Shown here: piece after piece, positions 38,710 to 48,336 of the stretch
Numbering within the stretch: position 1 is the first letter of the stretch
How the letters are laid out: each line of letters starts with the position of its first letter
Virus record (IMG/VR): IMGVR_UViG_3300002131_000106
Strand: one strand, 5' to 3'
From: an uncultured virus (IMG/VR IMGVR_UViG_3300002131_000106)
Lineage: Duplodnaviria > Heunggongvirae > Uroviricota > Caudoviricetes
Length of the DNA: 59,401 nucleotides
Position numbers and translations under genes: made by a program
The notes under the pieces: generated by a model
What the model was told of the DNA's origin: nothing
The model's database searches: none
What the model saw: only the letters and a program-made list of their open reading frames with translations

Positions 38710-39027
38710 ATGAAACAATATGCGAACTACCATGGCTATTCTGATGTACACCCCTATGAGATTACTAAGGTGATCTCTGATAAGACTATGGAGGTTCGGG
38801 AGATGTTTGCTACTCTTGATCCTACATTCAAATGTGATACTATCCCTGGTGGATTCTTTGGGCATACTACCAACAATGATGCTCAGACCTATACGTATGA
38901 ATCGAATGAAGATGCTCCTACTATGAGGATCAGATACAGTAAGGCCAAAGGAGGTTGGTACTCTGCCACTGGTCAACGACACCTTTTGTCTGATAAGCCC
39001 CGTCGGTTTTATGACTATAACTTCTAG
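38710..39027 (+). CDS. hypothetical early protein
   Basis: 105-aa ORF after promoter. Confidence 0.75.
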   Translation: MKQYANYHGYSDVHPYEITKVISDKTMEVREMFATLDPTFKCDTIPGGFFGHTTNNDAQTYTYESNEDAPTMRIRYSKAKGGWYSATGQRHLLSDKPRRFYDYNF

Positions 39028-39032
39028 GTTGT

Positions 39033-39089
39033 TATTCCAAAACAATCTATCTAAAGGGGTTTACAAAGCCCACAGTAATACGGTATAAT
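39033..39089 (+). promoter_or_regulatory. promoter with upstream TATTCCAAAA box
   Basis: GGGG TTTACA N18 TATAAT. Confidence 0.7.
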
Positions 39090-39118
39090 ACTCTACATAA
39101 TACAAAGAGGATCGGATT

Positions 39119-39622
39119 ATGAAAATGGTTATCAACACACAATATCGTGAAAACTATGGTGCACACGACTGGGATGGAGAAGGACAATGTCCCCAGGCCT
39201 GGAAGAACAAGGGTGGCAGCACCTATGTCATTAACAATATAACAGGCGATGTACTGACTATGGCTATGACCGGTCAGCAAGATCTTGATAGCCTTATTGA
39301 ATACTCAGATCCATACTCAGAAGAGTATATCATAGACTATACTATGAAAGAAGACGATGCTAAGGTTGGTGAAGCCTGGGATGATCCTATTGTTCTTGAA
39401 TTCATTGACTCACTCCAACGTTGGAAGTGTACTATAGTTACTGACAATACTACTGAGTACGGCTTCATGCGTCAAGAGATCGTTCAAAAGGTAGAGACCT
39501 GGTTTCTTGGACCTAATGCAGAACGACAGGACCACCAATCCTTCTATATCATGGAGAATGGTGACTCAGGTATTGGCAGTGACTTTGTTTCAGGGTGGTT
39601 TGATCATAAGGCGGCAGCATGA
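39119..39622 (+). CDS. hypothetical early protein
   Basis: TQYRENYGAHDWDG..WK.KGG. Confidence 0.75.
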   Translation: MKMVINTQYRENYGAHDWDGEGQCPQAWKNKGGSTYVINNITGDVLTMAMTGQQDLDSLIEYSDPYSEEYIIDYTMKEDDAKVGEAWDDPIVLEFIDSLQRWKCTIVTDNTTEYGFMRQEIVQKVETWFLGPNAERQDHQSFYIMENGDSGIGSDFVSGWFDHKAAA

Positions 39623-39936
39623 TCGCTAACTACTCCGGATCTTTAAGATACGATATGAATGGTCGGAAGCGCAAGAAGACTATTGATAGGAAGAAGAAAG
39701 ATACACCTACTGTATCATCCTCCCGGGAATACTCAGTTGTTCCTGCATATAGCAGGCATGATCCTGTAATAGAGAGACAGAGATATCCCTCTGCTGCTAT
39801 TACTTCGGTCCATGTGCCTGCCCAGGATACCTCATATAAGCGTGAGGTATCCGCACAATATACTATTGCACCTGCATATAATAAAGGTGCTTACCAAGTG
39901 ATCTCACGTAATGATATTGAACACATAGGAAAATAA
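39619..39936 (+). CDS. hypothetical protein
   Basis: YTIAPAYNKGAYQVI. Confidence 0.7.
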   Translation: MIANYSGSLRYDMNGRKRKKTIDRKKKDTPTVSSSREYSVVPAYSRHDPVIERQRYPSAAITSVHVPAQDTSYKREVSAQYTIAPAYNKGAYQVISRNDIEHIGK

Positions 39937-40098
39937 AATATATGGTATATGATATGTCTGTAGTAAATGCCCCAATGACCAAGACAATGGCCTTAGCAGA
40001 GGTAGTTGAAGCTCGGCTGAAGGTCTCTGAATTCTTTGAACACATGGGTGATTACGACTCATACAATTGTGACACAGTACTACGGTGGTTAGATCTCT

Positions 40099-40323
40099 AT
40101 GGCGTATAACGGACCGACAGTTACCTTAAATGGCGATCAGGTTGATCTTATCATGCGACAGGAGCTTACTGATCTTATACACCAGTTCACAGATGATCTG
40201 GTTGCAAGGATAGATGGCAGCTCTTTAATTGGTATCTTTGATCATGATCTAGAGAAAGACATTGAGCTTATACAGAAACACATATATGCACTAGATCTAA
40301 TTTATTCATATTATTCTCCATAA
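40099..40323 (+). CDS. hypothetical protein
   Basis: 74-aa ORF. Confidence 0.6.
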   Translation: MAYNGPTVTLNGDQVDLIMRQELTDLIHQFTDDLVARIDGSSLIGIFDHDLEKDIELIQKHIYALDLIYSYYSP

Positions 40324-40324
40324 A

Positions 40325-40357
40325 GGGGTTTACAACCTTATCTAACTATGGTATAAT
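40325..40357 (+). promoter_or_regulatory. early promoter
   Basis: GGGG TTTACA N17 TATAAT. Confidence 0.8.
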
Positions 40358-40389
40358 AGCTACATATATTAAAAAAGGATCTACCCCTT

Positions 40390-40647
40390 ATGATGAAGAC
40401 TACCAATAATGATATGACAAGCAGTTCACATGCCGCTATGTATGCTAAGAAGGAAGCTTCAGAGCTTACGTATGGCGAGCATGAAGAGGCACGTAGAATT
40501 CAAATTCGAATGCATGAATTATTGATTGAAGCTAGACATCTAGCTAATCAGATCAATGCGGATCGATTCGAGGGTGTGGTTCCTTCTTCGGAAGCCACTG
40601 TTCGATTGGTAGAGGTCATGGACATATTGAATGGGGAATACGAATAA
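40390..40647 (+). CDS. hypothetical protein
   Basis: ORF after promoter with AAGGA RBS. Confidence 0.65.
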   Translation: MMKTTNNDMTSSSHAAMYAKKEASELTYGEHEEARRIQIRMHELLIEARHLANQINADRFEGVVPSSEATVRLVEVMDILNGEYE

Positions 40648-40931
40648 TGAGTACTGAATTGAGAAATGTACCAAACACCGATTTGTCCCAAACCCGGTTT
40701 TATGGTGGAGCAAAGCGTGGTACATGTATACAGGTTACTAGTAGTGATAGTAAGCAATTCCTTCAATTGACTCGTGAACAGGCTGATCAGCTTGCCCGTG
40801 AATTGGCATTGTTTGCTAATGCAGAAGAGGTTGTTTATGAAGAAGAAGATGACGATGGCAACGATGGCATTCAGTGCTACATCAATGGCATGCCAGTAAC
40901 TAGCAAAGAATTTGTGAAGGCGTATTCATGA
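40647..40931 (+). CDS. hypothetical protein
   Basis: TRFYGG..RG.C.Q.T; translationally coupled. Confidence 0.65.
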   Translation: MSTELRNVPNTDLSQTRFYGGAKRGTCIQVTSSDSKQFLQLTREQADQLARELALFANAEEVVYEEEDDDGNDGIQCYINGMPVTSKEFVKAYS

Positions 40932-41191
40932 GTGATCAGAAGAAGTATCAATATAACATGGAATGGTACGACGAGTACGGTGTCAAGACTGTTATATGGG
41001 ATCCACAAGATCCTGGAAAACTGAAAAAAGATCTGGTAGAATCGGGCCGGGCAACGGATGAGGACATATACATCTTCAAGAACCTTGGACAAGCCCACTA
41101 TAAGCATAACGGTAATTTCTATGATGGATACCGTTATGACGAAGAAGGTAACCTATACTGGGAGTATGATAATAATAATGACAATGCCTAA
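40928..41191 (+). CDS. hypothetical protein
   Basis: coupled ORF. Confidence 0.55.
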   Translation: MSDQKKYQYNMEWYDEYGVKTVIWDPQDPGKLKKDLVESGRATDEDIYIFKNLGQAHYKHNGNFYDGYRYDEEGNLYWEYDNNNDNA

Positions 41192-41384
41192 TGAACGAAG
41201 GAAGGCAGTTAACTATACTAGACAATTTCTAGTTGATTTAATGGATCCAAAGAAAACACCTAAGGTACCGAGTTCTGTACGTAAAGAAGCATATCGTTGT
41301 CTAAAGCATTACCCTGGTGAGTATCATATGGAACAAGCAGCAGAGCTAGCACCGTCTTTATTTGGAGAATGGGATAGTGAGTAA
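41178..41384 (+). CDS. hypothetical protein
   Basis: MTMPNER..TPKVP..CLKHYP; start reassigned. Confidence 0.65.
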   Translation: MTMPNERRKAVNYTRQFLVDLMDPKKTPKVPSSVRKEAYRCLKHYPGEYHMEQAAELAPSLFGEWDSE

Positions 41385-41694
41385 GTACACCCCAGACAAT
41401 TGGGTAGTATTAAAGATTATGTTACCAGACCAAGATACGCTGTACAAAGTATTAGGTGGATGGAGTGGGGGTTACTTATATGGCGACAGTTGGCGACTCA
41501 ACAGTGGCATTATGAAAGCGGTATACCGAGAAGAGTATGTGGATTTTTATGGGTCGAGTGGCTCAGTATACCAGTGCCATTTATCACAATACCGTTTGAG
41601 AATGAATAATGCTGGAATATGGAATCAGATCAAGGAGAAAGCTGGCTTTGTTGTAATGATGCCAGAAGACACAGACTGGAGTATACTCGTATGA
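41377..41694 (+). CDS. hypothetical protein
   Basis: YTPDNWV..GWSGGYL.GDSWRLNSG; GTG start. Confidence 0.7.
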   Translation: MSKYTPDNWVVLKIMLPDQDTLYKVLGGWSGGYLYGDSWRLNSGIMKAVYREEYVDFYGSSGSVYQCHLSQYRLRMNNAGIWNQIKEKAGFVVMMPEDTDWSILV

Positions 41695-41843
41695 GTAAGA
41701 TAACAATAAGTTACGATGATGGCATAACAAAGATAATCCATGAGCATGACGGTGACGGACATTGGAATGATCACGTACAAGCTATGATCAATTTCCTTCG
41801 TGGCATAGGGTATAAGATACCTGCAGAGGAAGACAAAGTATGA
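41691..41843 (+). CDS. hypothetical protein
   Basis: coupled ORF, FLRGIGY. Confidence 0.55.
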   Translation: MSKITISYDDGITKIIHEHDGDGHWNDHVQAMINFLRGIGYKIPAEEDKV

Positions 41844-42043
41844 ATACTACCATTACACTAACTCGCAATCAGATGGATAAAATTGTTGAGTTTGCAACTA
41901 CCTTTAAAGATGTTCAATTGTTCACTATTAAAGAAACCCATAATAGTGGTATAGGAGCATCAATATATATCGCATGTCCACTGTTTGGAAACGACAGTAA
42001 GGCAGAGATCTCTGTTAATATTACAGACATAAGTGCGTGGTGA
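41840..42043 (+). CDS. hypothetical protein
   Basis: coupled ORF. Confidence 0.6.
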   Translation: MNTTITLTRNQMDKIVEFATTFKDVQLFTIKETHNSGIGASIYIACPLFGNDSKAEISVNITDISAW

Positions 42044-42046
42044 AGT

Positions 42047-42571
42047 ATGAAAGTTAAAATAGGCAACTATCCAACACATCGATGGTACCACAACTTTTTG
42101 TATGAGAAGTTCGGTATCTGCGCGCACGAGCAGAAAGTATCAGTTCGTATTGACCCATGGGATACGTGGAGCATGGATCATACACTTGCCCCTATTATCT
42201 TACCTATGCTTAAACAACTGAAAGAGCATAAGCATGGCGCGTCTGTTGTTAATAACAAGGATGTACCAAAAGATCTACAATCCGAAGATGCTATAGAAGG
42301 GGACGTGTGTGCTACCCATTTCCAAAAGTGGGATTGGGTAATGGACGAGATGATCTTTGCCTTTGAGAGTAAGCTAGTGGACTGGGAAGATCAGTTCAAC
42401 TCAGGTGTACATGATATGCATTGGATAGATCTAGACAATGGTATGAGTGAAATGGTGAAAGGTCCTAACGATACCTTTCAGATAGATTGGATAGGTCGTA
42501 ACGCATATCAGAAAAGAATATCAAATGGCTTCAGACTGTTTGGGAAATACTTCGAATCGCTCTGGGATTGA
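42047..42571 (+). CDS. hypothetical protein
   Basis: WDTWSMDHTLA.IILPML..GFRLFGKYF..LWD. Confidence 0.75.
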   Translation: MKVKIGNYPTHRWYHNFLYEKFGICAHEQKVSVRIDPWDTWSMDHTLAPIILPMLKQLKEHKHGASVVNNKDVPKDLQSEDAIEGDVCATHFQKWDWVMDEMIFAFESKLVDWEDQFNSGVHDMHWIDLDNGMSEMVKGPNDTFQIDWIGRNAYQKRISNGFRLFGKYFESLWD

Positions 42572-42599
42572 CCCCGGGGTTTACTAAAAAAGGTGGTGT

Positions 42600-43058
42600 A
42601 TGAGTAAGTTAATTAGAATCTTAAAATGTGATGACCCAAAGAAATGGTATGCAAATAAGATTGGTGAGATAGTAGAGTTTAGTGGCATTGTATCAGCCCC
42701 TGAAGACAGCGGTGGTACAGAGTATCGTTGTAGAGATGATAGTGGATACGTTAACTTTATCCCTGCTGTTGATGCATTCCTCTATGAGGTAATAGATGAT
42801 AAATATCCGCCAGCACCTGCCATAACAGACGATCGATTTGATCTCGAAGCACGTCTAACAGATTGCTGGGACATTACAAGTGACCTCAAATGCTTATATG
42901 AGTATATTGGGGATCATGCTTTCTTTCGAGACATGTCTGGCACACATCAGGATGAGATCATTAATATCATGATCGGTCTAGAGAAACTATACAATGTTAA
43001 GTTTGAACGTCTGAGTGCTACAATGGAACAATGTATTGCTAACGGCACTCTGAAGTAA
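42600..43058 (+). CDS. hypothetical protein
   Basis: 152-aa ORF with AGGTGG RBS. Confidence 0.65.
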   Translation: MSKLIRILKCDDPKKWYANKIGEIVEFSGIVSAPEDSGGTEYRCRDDSGYVNFIPAVDAFLYEVIDDKYPPAPAITDDRFDLEARLTDCWDITSDLKCLYEYIGDHAFFRDMSGTHQDEIINIMIGLEKLYNVKFERLSATMEQCIANGTLK

Positions 43059-43217
43059 TCGTGTGCATCCGATCATGTTAATATACCTAGCACTATTCAA
43101 TCTCTTTATCATGATAGTCCTTCTGAAGGTTAACCCGAAAGCAGGTGCTACAGTAATAGAGGTATACCTAATCATAGCCTTATGTGCCATGGTTCATACT
43201 TTATTATTTAAATAGTA

Positions 43218-43253
43218 GGGGGGGTTTACACCCTTACCTAATTATGATATAAT
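43218..43253 (+). promoter_or_regulatory. early promoter
   Basis: G7 TTTACA N17 TATAAT. Confidence 0.8.
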
Positions 43254-43289
43254 GGTCTCTTATAATAACACAAAGAAGGCATACTCCGC

Positions 43290-44387
43290 ATGGAAACATC
43301 TACTCTATATAAACGCGACTCGAATGGAAGGATTCGAACCTGGAAGGGTGAATCAGATCCTACTGCATGGAGAACTGTCACGGGGCTTCAGGACGGAAAA
43401 CAAGTAACGTCTGGATGGAAAAAGGTTGATCAAAAGAACGTTGGTAAGATCAACGAGACCTCTATAGAAGAACAAGCTATAGCAGAAATGAATGCAGACT
43501 ATAAGAAGAAACTAGATACTGGTTACTTTCTATCACTATCTGACATAGACGATTATGATAAGATCATGCCAATGCTAGCTTCTAAACATGAAGATGCCAA
43601 GTATGACTTTTCCGCTAATCCTTACTACTCTCAGCCTAAGCTAGATGGCATACGATGCATTGCACGTGCCAATGGTTTATGGACACGAGCCGGTAAAGAG
43701 ATTGTTAGTGTGCCTCATATCATAAAAGATCTTATGCCATTCTTTACCAAGTATCCTAATGCCATACTCGATGGTGAACTATATAACCATGACCTCAGAG
43801 ATAACTTTAATAAGATCACATCACTTGTACGTAAGACTAAACCTACAGATGAAGATATAGAAGAGTCTAAACAATATATTCAGTATCATGTATATGATGT
43901 TATAGGGCCCGGTTCATTTTCAGGGCGCTTCGTGTCTATAAAAGATACCCTCGTATCTGAATACGTGAAAGCTGTGCATACTGACGTGTGTATAGATCGC
44001 GATGAGATGGACAATAGATACGGTGGTTATATCGAGGATGGTTATGAAGGCCAGATGATACGCCATGATAAACCATACCAGCAGAACAAACGGTCTAAGT
44101 ACCTTATTAAGCGTAAAGAGTTTATTACCGAAGAGTATGATGTGGTTCGTGTAGAAGAGGGCCTAGGTAATTGGTCTGGTACTGTTAAGCGATTTGTCCT
44201 TACTACAAGTGATGGTGTAGAATTTGGATCTGGCGTACGGGGTAATCTAGAAGTACTGGGTAACCTACTCACTTCTGGCATAACCCCTAGGTGGTGTACA
44301 CTCAGATACTTTGCCTTAACCCCTGATGGTATACCGCGCTTCCCTGTTGTAATAGATTGGGGTAATGATGAAAAAAGATCTGACTAG
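43290..44387 (+). CDS. ATP-dependent DNA ligase
   Basis: QPKLDGIRC, LDGELY, YEGQMIR, PRFPV. Confidence 0.93.
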   Translation: METSTLYKRDSNGRIRTWKGESDPTAWRTVTGLQDGKQVTSGWKKVDQKNVGKINETSIEEQAIAEMNADYKKKLDTGYFLSLSDIDDYDKIMPMLASKHEDAKYDFSANPYYSQPKLDGIRCIARANGLWTRAGKEIVSVPHIIKDLMPFFTKYPNAILDGELYNHDLRDNFNKITSLVRKTKPTDEDIEESKQYIQYHVYDVIGPGSFSGRFVSIKDTLVSEYVKAVHTDVCIDRDEMDNRYGGYIEDGYEGQMIRHDKPYQQNKRSKYLIKRKEFITEEYDVVRVEEGLGNWSGTVKRFVLTTSDGVEFGSGVRGNLEVLGNLLTSGITPRWCTLRYFALTPDGIPRFPVVIDWGNDEKRSD

Positions 44388-44420
44388 GGGGTTTACAAAT
44401 GGATTCATATGTGGTATAAT
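44387..44420 (+). promoter_or_regulatory. early promoter
   Basis: GGGGG TTTACA N17 TATAAT. Confidence 0.8.
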
Positions 44421-44448
44421 AGTCTTATAAATTAAAAAAGGGATAAGA

Positions 44449-45027
44449 GTGAAAGAGAATATAATATTAGTAGACTGCGACGGAGTCCTTTGTGACTGGG
44501 AGTACGCGTTTACTCAATGGATGAACCATCAGAATATTCGTAGTGTGGATGACACCCAGTATGATATTGCTAAAAAATTCGGCATGACTACATGGGAAGC
44601 TAAGAAGCTAGTTCGAGAGTTTAATGCTTCTGCTGCTATCGCCTTCTTACCACCTTTACGTGATGCAGTATACTATATGAAGCGACTACACATGCTTCAT
44701 GGATATCGCTTCCATTGTATTACTTCTCTGAGCGATAATAAGTATGCTCATAGGCTTAGATATCAAAACCTCGATCTTCTCTTTGGTAGAGAACTATGGG
44801 ATGAGGTTATATGTCTAGGATGCGGTGATGACAAAGACGAAGCATTAGAACCTTATCGAGATACTGGATGTTTCTGGGTCGAAGATAAAGTTGCCAATGC
44901 AGAGCTTGGTGTTCAATTAGGGCTTAACTCTATACTAGTTGCTCATGAGCATAATGCTAATTACGACGGTGACATTCCACGTTACTGGAAATGGAAAGAA
45001 ATCTACAATCACATTGTAGGAGAGTAA
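44449..45027 (+). CDS. HAD-family phosphatase/5'-nucleotidase (T4 gp30.2-like)
   Basis: LVDCDGVL, ITS, WVEDK. Confidence 0.8.
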   Translation: MKENIILVDCDGVLCDWEYAFTQWMNHQNIRSVDDTQYDIAKKFGMTTWEAKKLVREFNASAAIAFLPPLRDAVYYMKRLHMLHGYRFHCITSLSDNKYAHRLRYQNLDLLFGRELWDEVICLGCGDDKDEALEPYRDTGCFWVEDKVANAELGVQLGLNSILVAHEHNANYDGDIPRYWKWKEIYNHIVGE

Positions 45028-45037
45028 AATTTTTAAT

Positions 45038-45113
45038 TCCCCGATAGCTCAGTTGGTAGAGCAAATGACTGTTAATCATTGGGTCCGTGGTTCGAGTCCA
45101 CGTCGGGGAGCCA
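45038..45113 (+). tRNA. tRNA-Asn(GTT)
   Basis: cloverleaf TCCCCGA/TCGGGGA, loop CTGTTAA, TTCGA, encoded CCA. Confidence 0.95.
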
Positions 45114-45126
45114 ATTTTAATACGTG

Positions 45127-45203
45127 GGGCCTTTAGCTCAGATGGTTAGAGCATCCGACTCATAATCGGCAGGTCCAAGGTTCAAGTCCTTGAAGGCCCA
45201 CCA
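45127..45203 (+). tRNA. tRNA with CAT anticodon, probably tRNA-Ile2 (lysidine)
   Basis: GGGCCTT/AAGGCCC stem, CCGACTCATAATCGG arm like bacterial Ile2, no initiator GGG/CCC, CCA. Confidence 0.85.
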
Positions 45204-45232
45204 ATATTACTATTATAGGAAGTTATTATATA

Positions 45233-45601
45233 ATGAATCTAATAGCCAATGCATTAAGAACCCCGGATGGAACCATACTCGAATCCAAGAGTAGACATGA
45301 CTATAAAGAATATGTCGATTCAAATGGCAAGACATATATGGTTGATGGTGGAATAGATTATCTACGTCGGTCTGCGCATGGTGATGAGATTGATATGAGT
45401 CTTTATGATGATCAGCCTCATGACGTTCAAGCACAGGTATTAACATGGGGTACATATGGAATTAATGGAGACCAACCTTTGCGCTGGATTCCTATTGCTG
45501 ATATGGAAACGGATCATATTAAAGCAGTACTAGAAAATGTAAAAAATATACAACCTGTATACAAGACAGTTATGTTAAATGAACTACGTATACGCTCTTA
45601 G
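45233..45601 (+). CDS. hypothetical protein between tRNAs
   Basis: S.SRHDY..VDGG.DYLRR..WGTYG. Confidence 0.7.
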   Translation: MNLIANALRTPDGTILESKSRHDYKEYVDSNGKTYMVDGGIDYLRRSAHGDEIDMSLYDDQPHDVQAQVLTWGTYGINGDQPLRWIPIADMETDHIKAVLENVKNIQPVYKTVMLNELRIRS

Positions 45602-45668
45602 CTCAGCAGGATAGAGCAACAGCCTTCTAAGCTGTGGGTCACTGGTTCGAATCCAGTAGGGCGTACCA
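45592..45668 (+). tRNA. tRNA-Arg(TCT)
   Basis: ACGCTCT/AGGGCGT stem, loop CTTCTAA, TTCGAATC, CCA. Confidence 0.92.
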
Positions 45669-45729
45669 TTTATTATAAAAGTCTGGGTCTTACTATGCAT
45701 AAATAAACACATAGATAGGATTATAATTT

Positions 45730-45996
45730 ATGACAGATAACTTATTAGATTTTGACTTTGGTTTCACTGCGGTGGATGAGAACGAGCTAGAGGTCGTTCA
45801 ACATTCCACTGTTACTGTGAGTAATGAACAAGCTAGGTCAAAGGAATTAGAAGACAAATTGAATAAGCTATACAATGCTATACAGCCTCTTCTTAGTAAC
45901 CTTAAAAAGAATCCAGAGAAAGAGTATATACTTTGGCCCAACAGAACTGAGAAAATAGAACAGTTCGAAGATTTGATTAGAGGAATTATAAAGTAA
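45730..45996 (+). CDS. conserved hypothetical protein
   Basis: DFDFGFTAVDE..PLL.NL.KNP.K.YI.WPNR. Confidence 0.7.
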   Translation: MTDNLLDFDFGFTAVDENELEVVQHSTVTVSNEQARSKELEDKLNKLYNAIQPLLSNLKKNPEKEYILWPNRTEKIEQFEDLIRGIIK

Positions 45997-47174
45997 TGAC
46001 TATACCTAGTACTAATATAAGCTTAGCTGCCATACAGGCAGAAACGGGATATGGTTCTACTAGCAATATATCACTGACCACACAATCTCAGAATGCTATT
46101 ACTGCAGGAAACACTATTAACAACACCGCGCCTTATGGTATGCACGAGTGGATTGGATATGTTCATGCTACGGCATATGGTACATTAAGTGGGGTTGTGC
46201 GAGCTCGCACAATAGGCAGTACTGCTAATTCTTTCTATAGAGCTTACAGTACTAGTCAAAGCGGTGACGGTTTTGTTGTCAGTGTTTATGCTCTTGTAAA
46301 AGTAGTCTTGAACACTTCAGGTTGCTATCTTCAAGTAGCAGGTATCAACGCTGTCTCTACTTCATACTGGTATAATCTAGCAGGCGCGGCGCAGAATCTA
46401 GGAAATACTTATGTTACAGCAGCTTCTGGTACTACAGGATTTACTAGTAACAATGTAAGCGCGGTTCAATTAATATACGGAGTTGAAACAGGTACTGCAA
46501 GCTTTTCTGCAAATGCCGGCGCTACGTATTTTCCGGCAAGTGGTGCATGGCAATCTCTTAGTAATGGGCAATCAGCCGGGTTTCAGGTTCGTGAAACTAC
46601 CCCAATAATATATGCTAGTGAATCAGGTTCAGCGAATCACTACGGTTACGTTACATTATCGCTTAGAGGTCCTGGAAAATTAGACACAGAGGTCTATGCA
46701 TTAGATTGGTATATGACTGTCTCCGGTAGCTCTACAAGTTGCTTCACTGCTGGCAGTTTGGTCACTATGGGTGATGGTTCTACTAAAGCAATTGAGACTG
46801 TCGTGGTAGGTGAAGAGCTAATGGGTAATGAAGGTGTTACTAATACTGTAATTCAATTAAGACATCATGAACAAAGGATTAGACAAATTTACGTTATTAA
46901 TAACTATCTGGAAACTACAGAAACTCACCCGATACTTACTACTGACGGATGGAAATCTTTATTACCTGAAGCTACTACTGAGCAACATCCAGAATTAACA
47001 ATCTCTATGCTAGAAATAGGTGACACGTTAGTTAAGTACAATACCTCAGGCGTGCGTTCAGAGGAAGTTATAGAAACCATAACTAGTGACGAAAGAGATA
47101 TTCCAGTATATAACTTTGATGTTACCGGTAATGATACCTTCATCGTTAATGATGTTGTAGTACATAACAAGTAA
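45996..47174 (+). CDS. putative virion/fibre-associated protein with C-terminal Hint (intein-like) domain
   Basis: Ser/Thr/Gly-rich N part; Hint from Cys249 CFTAGS, T.THP, VYNFDV..F..VVHN-K. Confidence 0.8.
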   Translation: MTIPSTNISLAAIQAETGYGSTSNISLTTQSQNAITAGNTINNTAPYGMHEWIGYVHATAYGTLSGVVRARTIGSTANSFYRAYSTSQSGDGFVVSVYALVKVVLNTSGCYLQVAGINAVSTSYWYNLAGAAQNLGNTYVTAASGTTGFTSNNVSAVQLIYGVETGTASFSANAGATYFPASGAWQSLSNGQSAGFQVRETTPIIYASESGSANHYGYVTLSLRGPGKLDTEVYALDWYMTVSGSSTSCFTAGSLVTMGDGSTKAIETVVVGEELMGNEGVTNTVIQLRHHEQRIRQIYVINNYLETTETHPILTTDGWKSLLPEATTEQHPELTISMLEIGDTLVKYNTSGVRSEEVIETITSDERDIPVYNFDVTGNDTFIVNDVVVHNK

Positions 47175-47189
47175 AAGGCAGAATAATAT

Positions 47190-47933
47190 ATGGCACTACA
47201 AGGTTCAGGCGCAATAAGTCTTAATGATATTCACTTAGAAGCGGGAGGAACTACTGGTACCGGTGCTTCTATTAATGATGCAGATATACGTGCTCTTATT
47301 GGCAAAGGCGCTGGTGTTTCAATGGCTTTTAATGAATGGTATGGAGCAAGTAATACGATTGATTATCCAGCATTCGTTGCCAGTAATATTGAATTGGGAT
47401 CTGCGGCCGGGGATTCATTGACCGGTTCCAAAGCACAAACTGGCCCTTCCGTTCTGCTGAATGGTAATTATACTGGATATAACTTTAGAGTATTTGCAAA
47501 CACTTATGGTGTATTTTTATATATTAGGGAATATAATGCTGCATCAACATCATATTATTATACTCCGGCCAATGTTCAAACCGTCTTATCAACAACTGAT
47601 ATTTTAGCTTCAAGAGATAATGGTACTATTCAAACAGCGAAGGTCACAAATGCTAAGATAGAGTTAGTTTATACTACTACAGATACGGGGGGGTCTGGTG
47701 GTCAAAGATCAACCATACTTGTAAATAACAATACCTGGACGGCAATAGCAAATGGCGGTAGTGTTAATACTACTATAAGGGTTGGAACAGGCGCGGATTG
47801 TTATGCTTCGGTGTCTAGAACTGTTTTAGGAAGTGTAAATATTTATCTAAGAGGTCCTGGATATAATGATGGGTTAGTTGTATCACATGATTTTAGAATA
47901 TACTCCGCTGCAACATCAAACCGGTGTTACTAA
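47190..47933 (+). CDS. paralog of the previous gene without Hint domain
   Basis: shared ISL..I..E.G, EW.G, LRGPG; ends at CY. Confidence 0.75.
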   Translation: MALQGSGAISLNDIHLEAGGTTGTGASINDADIRALIGKGAGVSMAFNEWYGASNTIDYPAFVASNIELGSAAGDSLTGSKAQTGPSVLLNGNYTGYNFRVFANTYGVFLYIREYNAASTSYYYTPANVQTVLSTTDILASRDNGTIQTAKVTNAKIELVYTTTDTGGSGGQRSTILVNNNTWTAIANGGSVNTTIRVGTGADCYASVSRTVLGSVNIYLRGPGYNDGLVVSHDFRIYSAATSNRCY

Positions 47934-47954
47934 GAACTAAAGGTATATAAAAAA

Positions 47955-48311
47955 ATGAAATATTTAAATATAAAAACAGAAGTGGTTCGTGATAGTAATA
48001 ATGTCACAAAGACTATTGATGTTACTATGGAATTACATAGCGATATTACCCATATACCATATACATTTACCAATAAAGATGGTGTTGAGGAATCTTCAAC
48101 TTATGAAGGTTATGTAAATGATACTCTTGTTGCTACAAGATCTTGTGTTTATACTATTCCAGAAGATGTTCAAACTGATTTGTTGGTTGGGTTCGAACCT
48201 CATAATACTGAAAACGAACTTGCTTATCAAGCTTTATATAATGGTTGGTGGGCTGGTATAAAAGAAATGGCAGAGTATCAAGCTAAATATACAGAATTAG
48301 TAGAACTATAA
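47955..48311 (+). CDS. hypothetical protein
   Basis: 118-aa ORF. Confidence 0.65.
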   Translation: MKYLNIKTEVVRDSNNVTKTIDVTMELHSDITHIPYTFTNKDGVEESSTYEGYVNDTLVATRSCVYTIPEDVQTDLLVGFEPHNTENELAYQALYNGWWAGIKEMAEYQAKYTELVEL

Positions 48312-48336
48312 TATATAAAATAAGGGTAATGATAAT

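Noticed and set aside
42574..42590. GGGGGTTTACT promoter-like -35
   Set aside because: No TATAAT at 17-18 nt spacing
46740..47168. Canonical mobile intein
   Set aside because: No homing endonuclease, no C-extein nucleophile (Lys then stop), and not in a conserved enzyme
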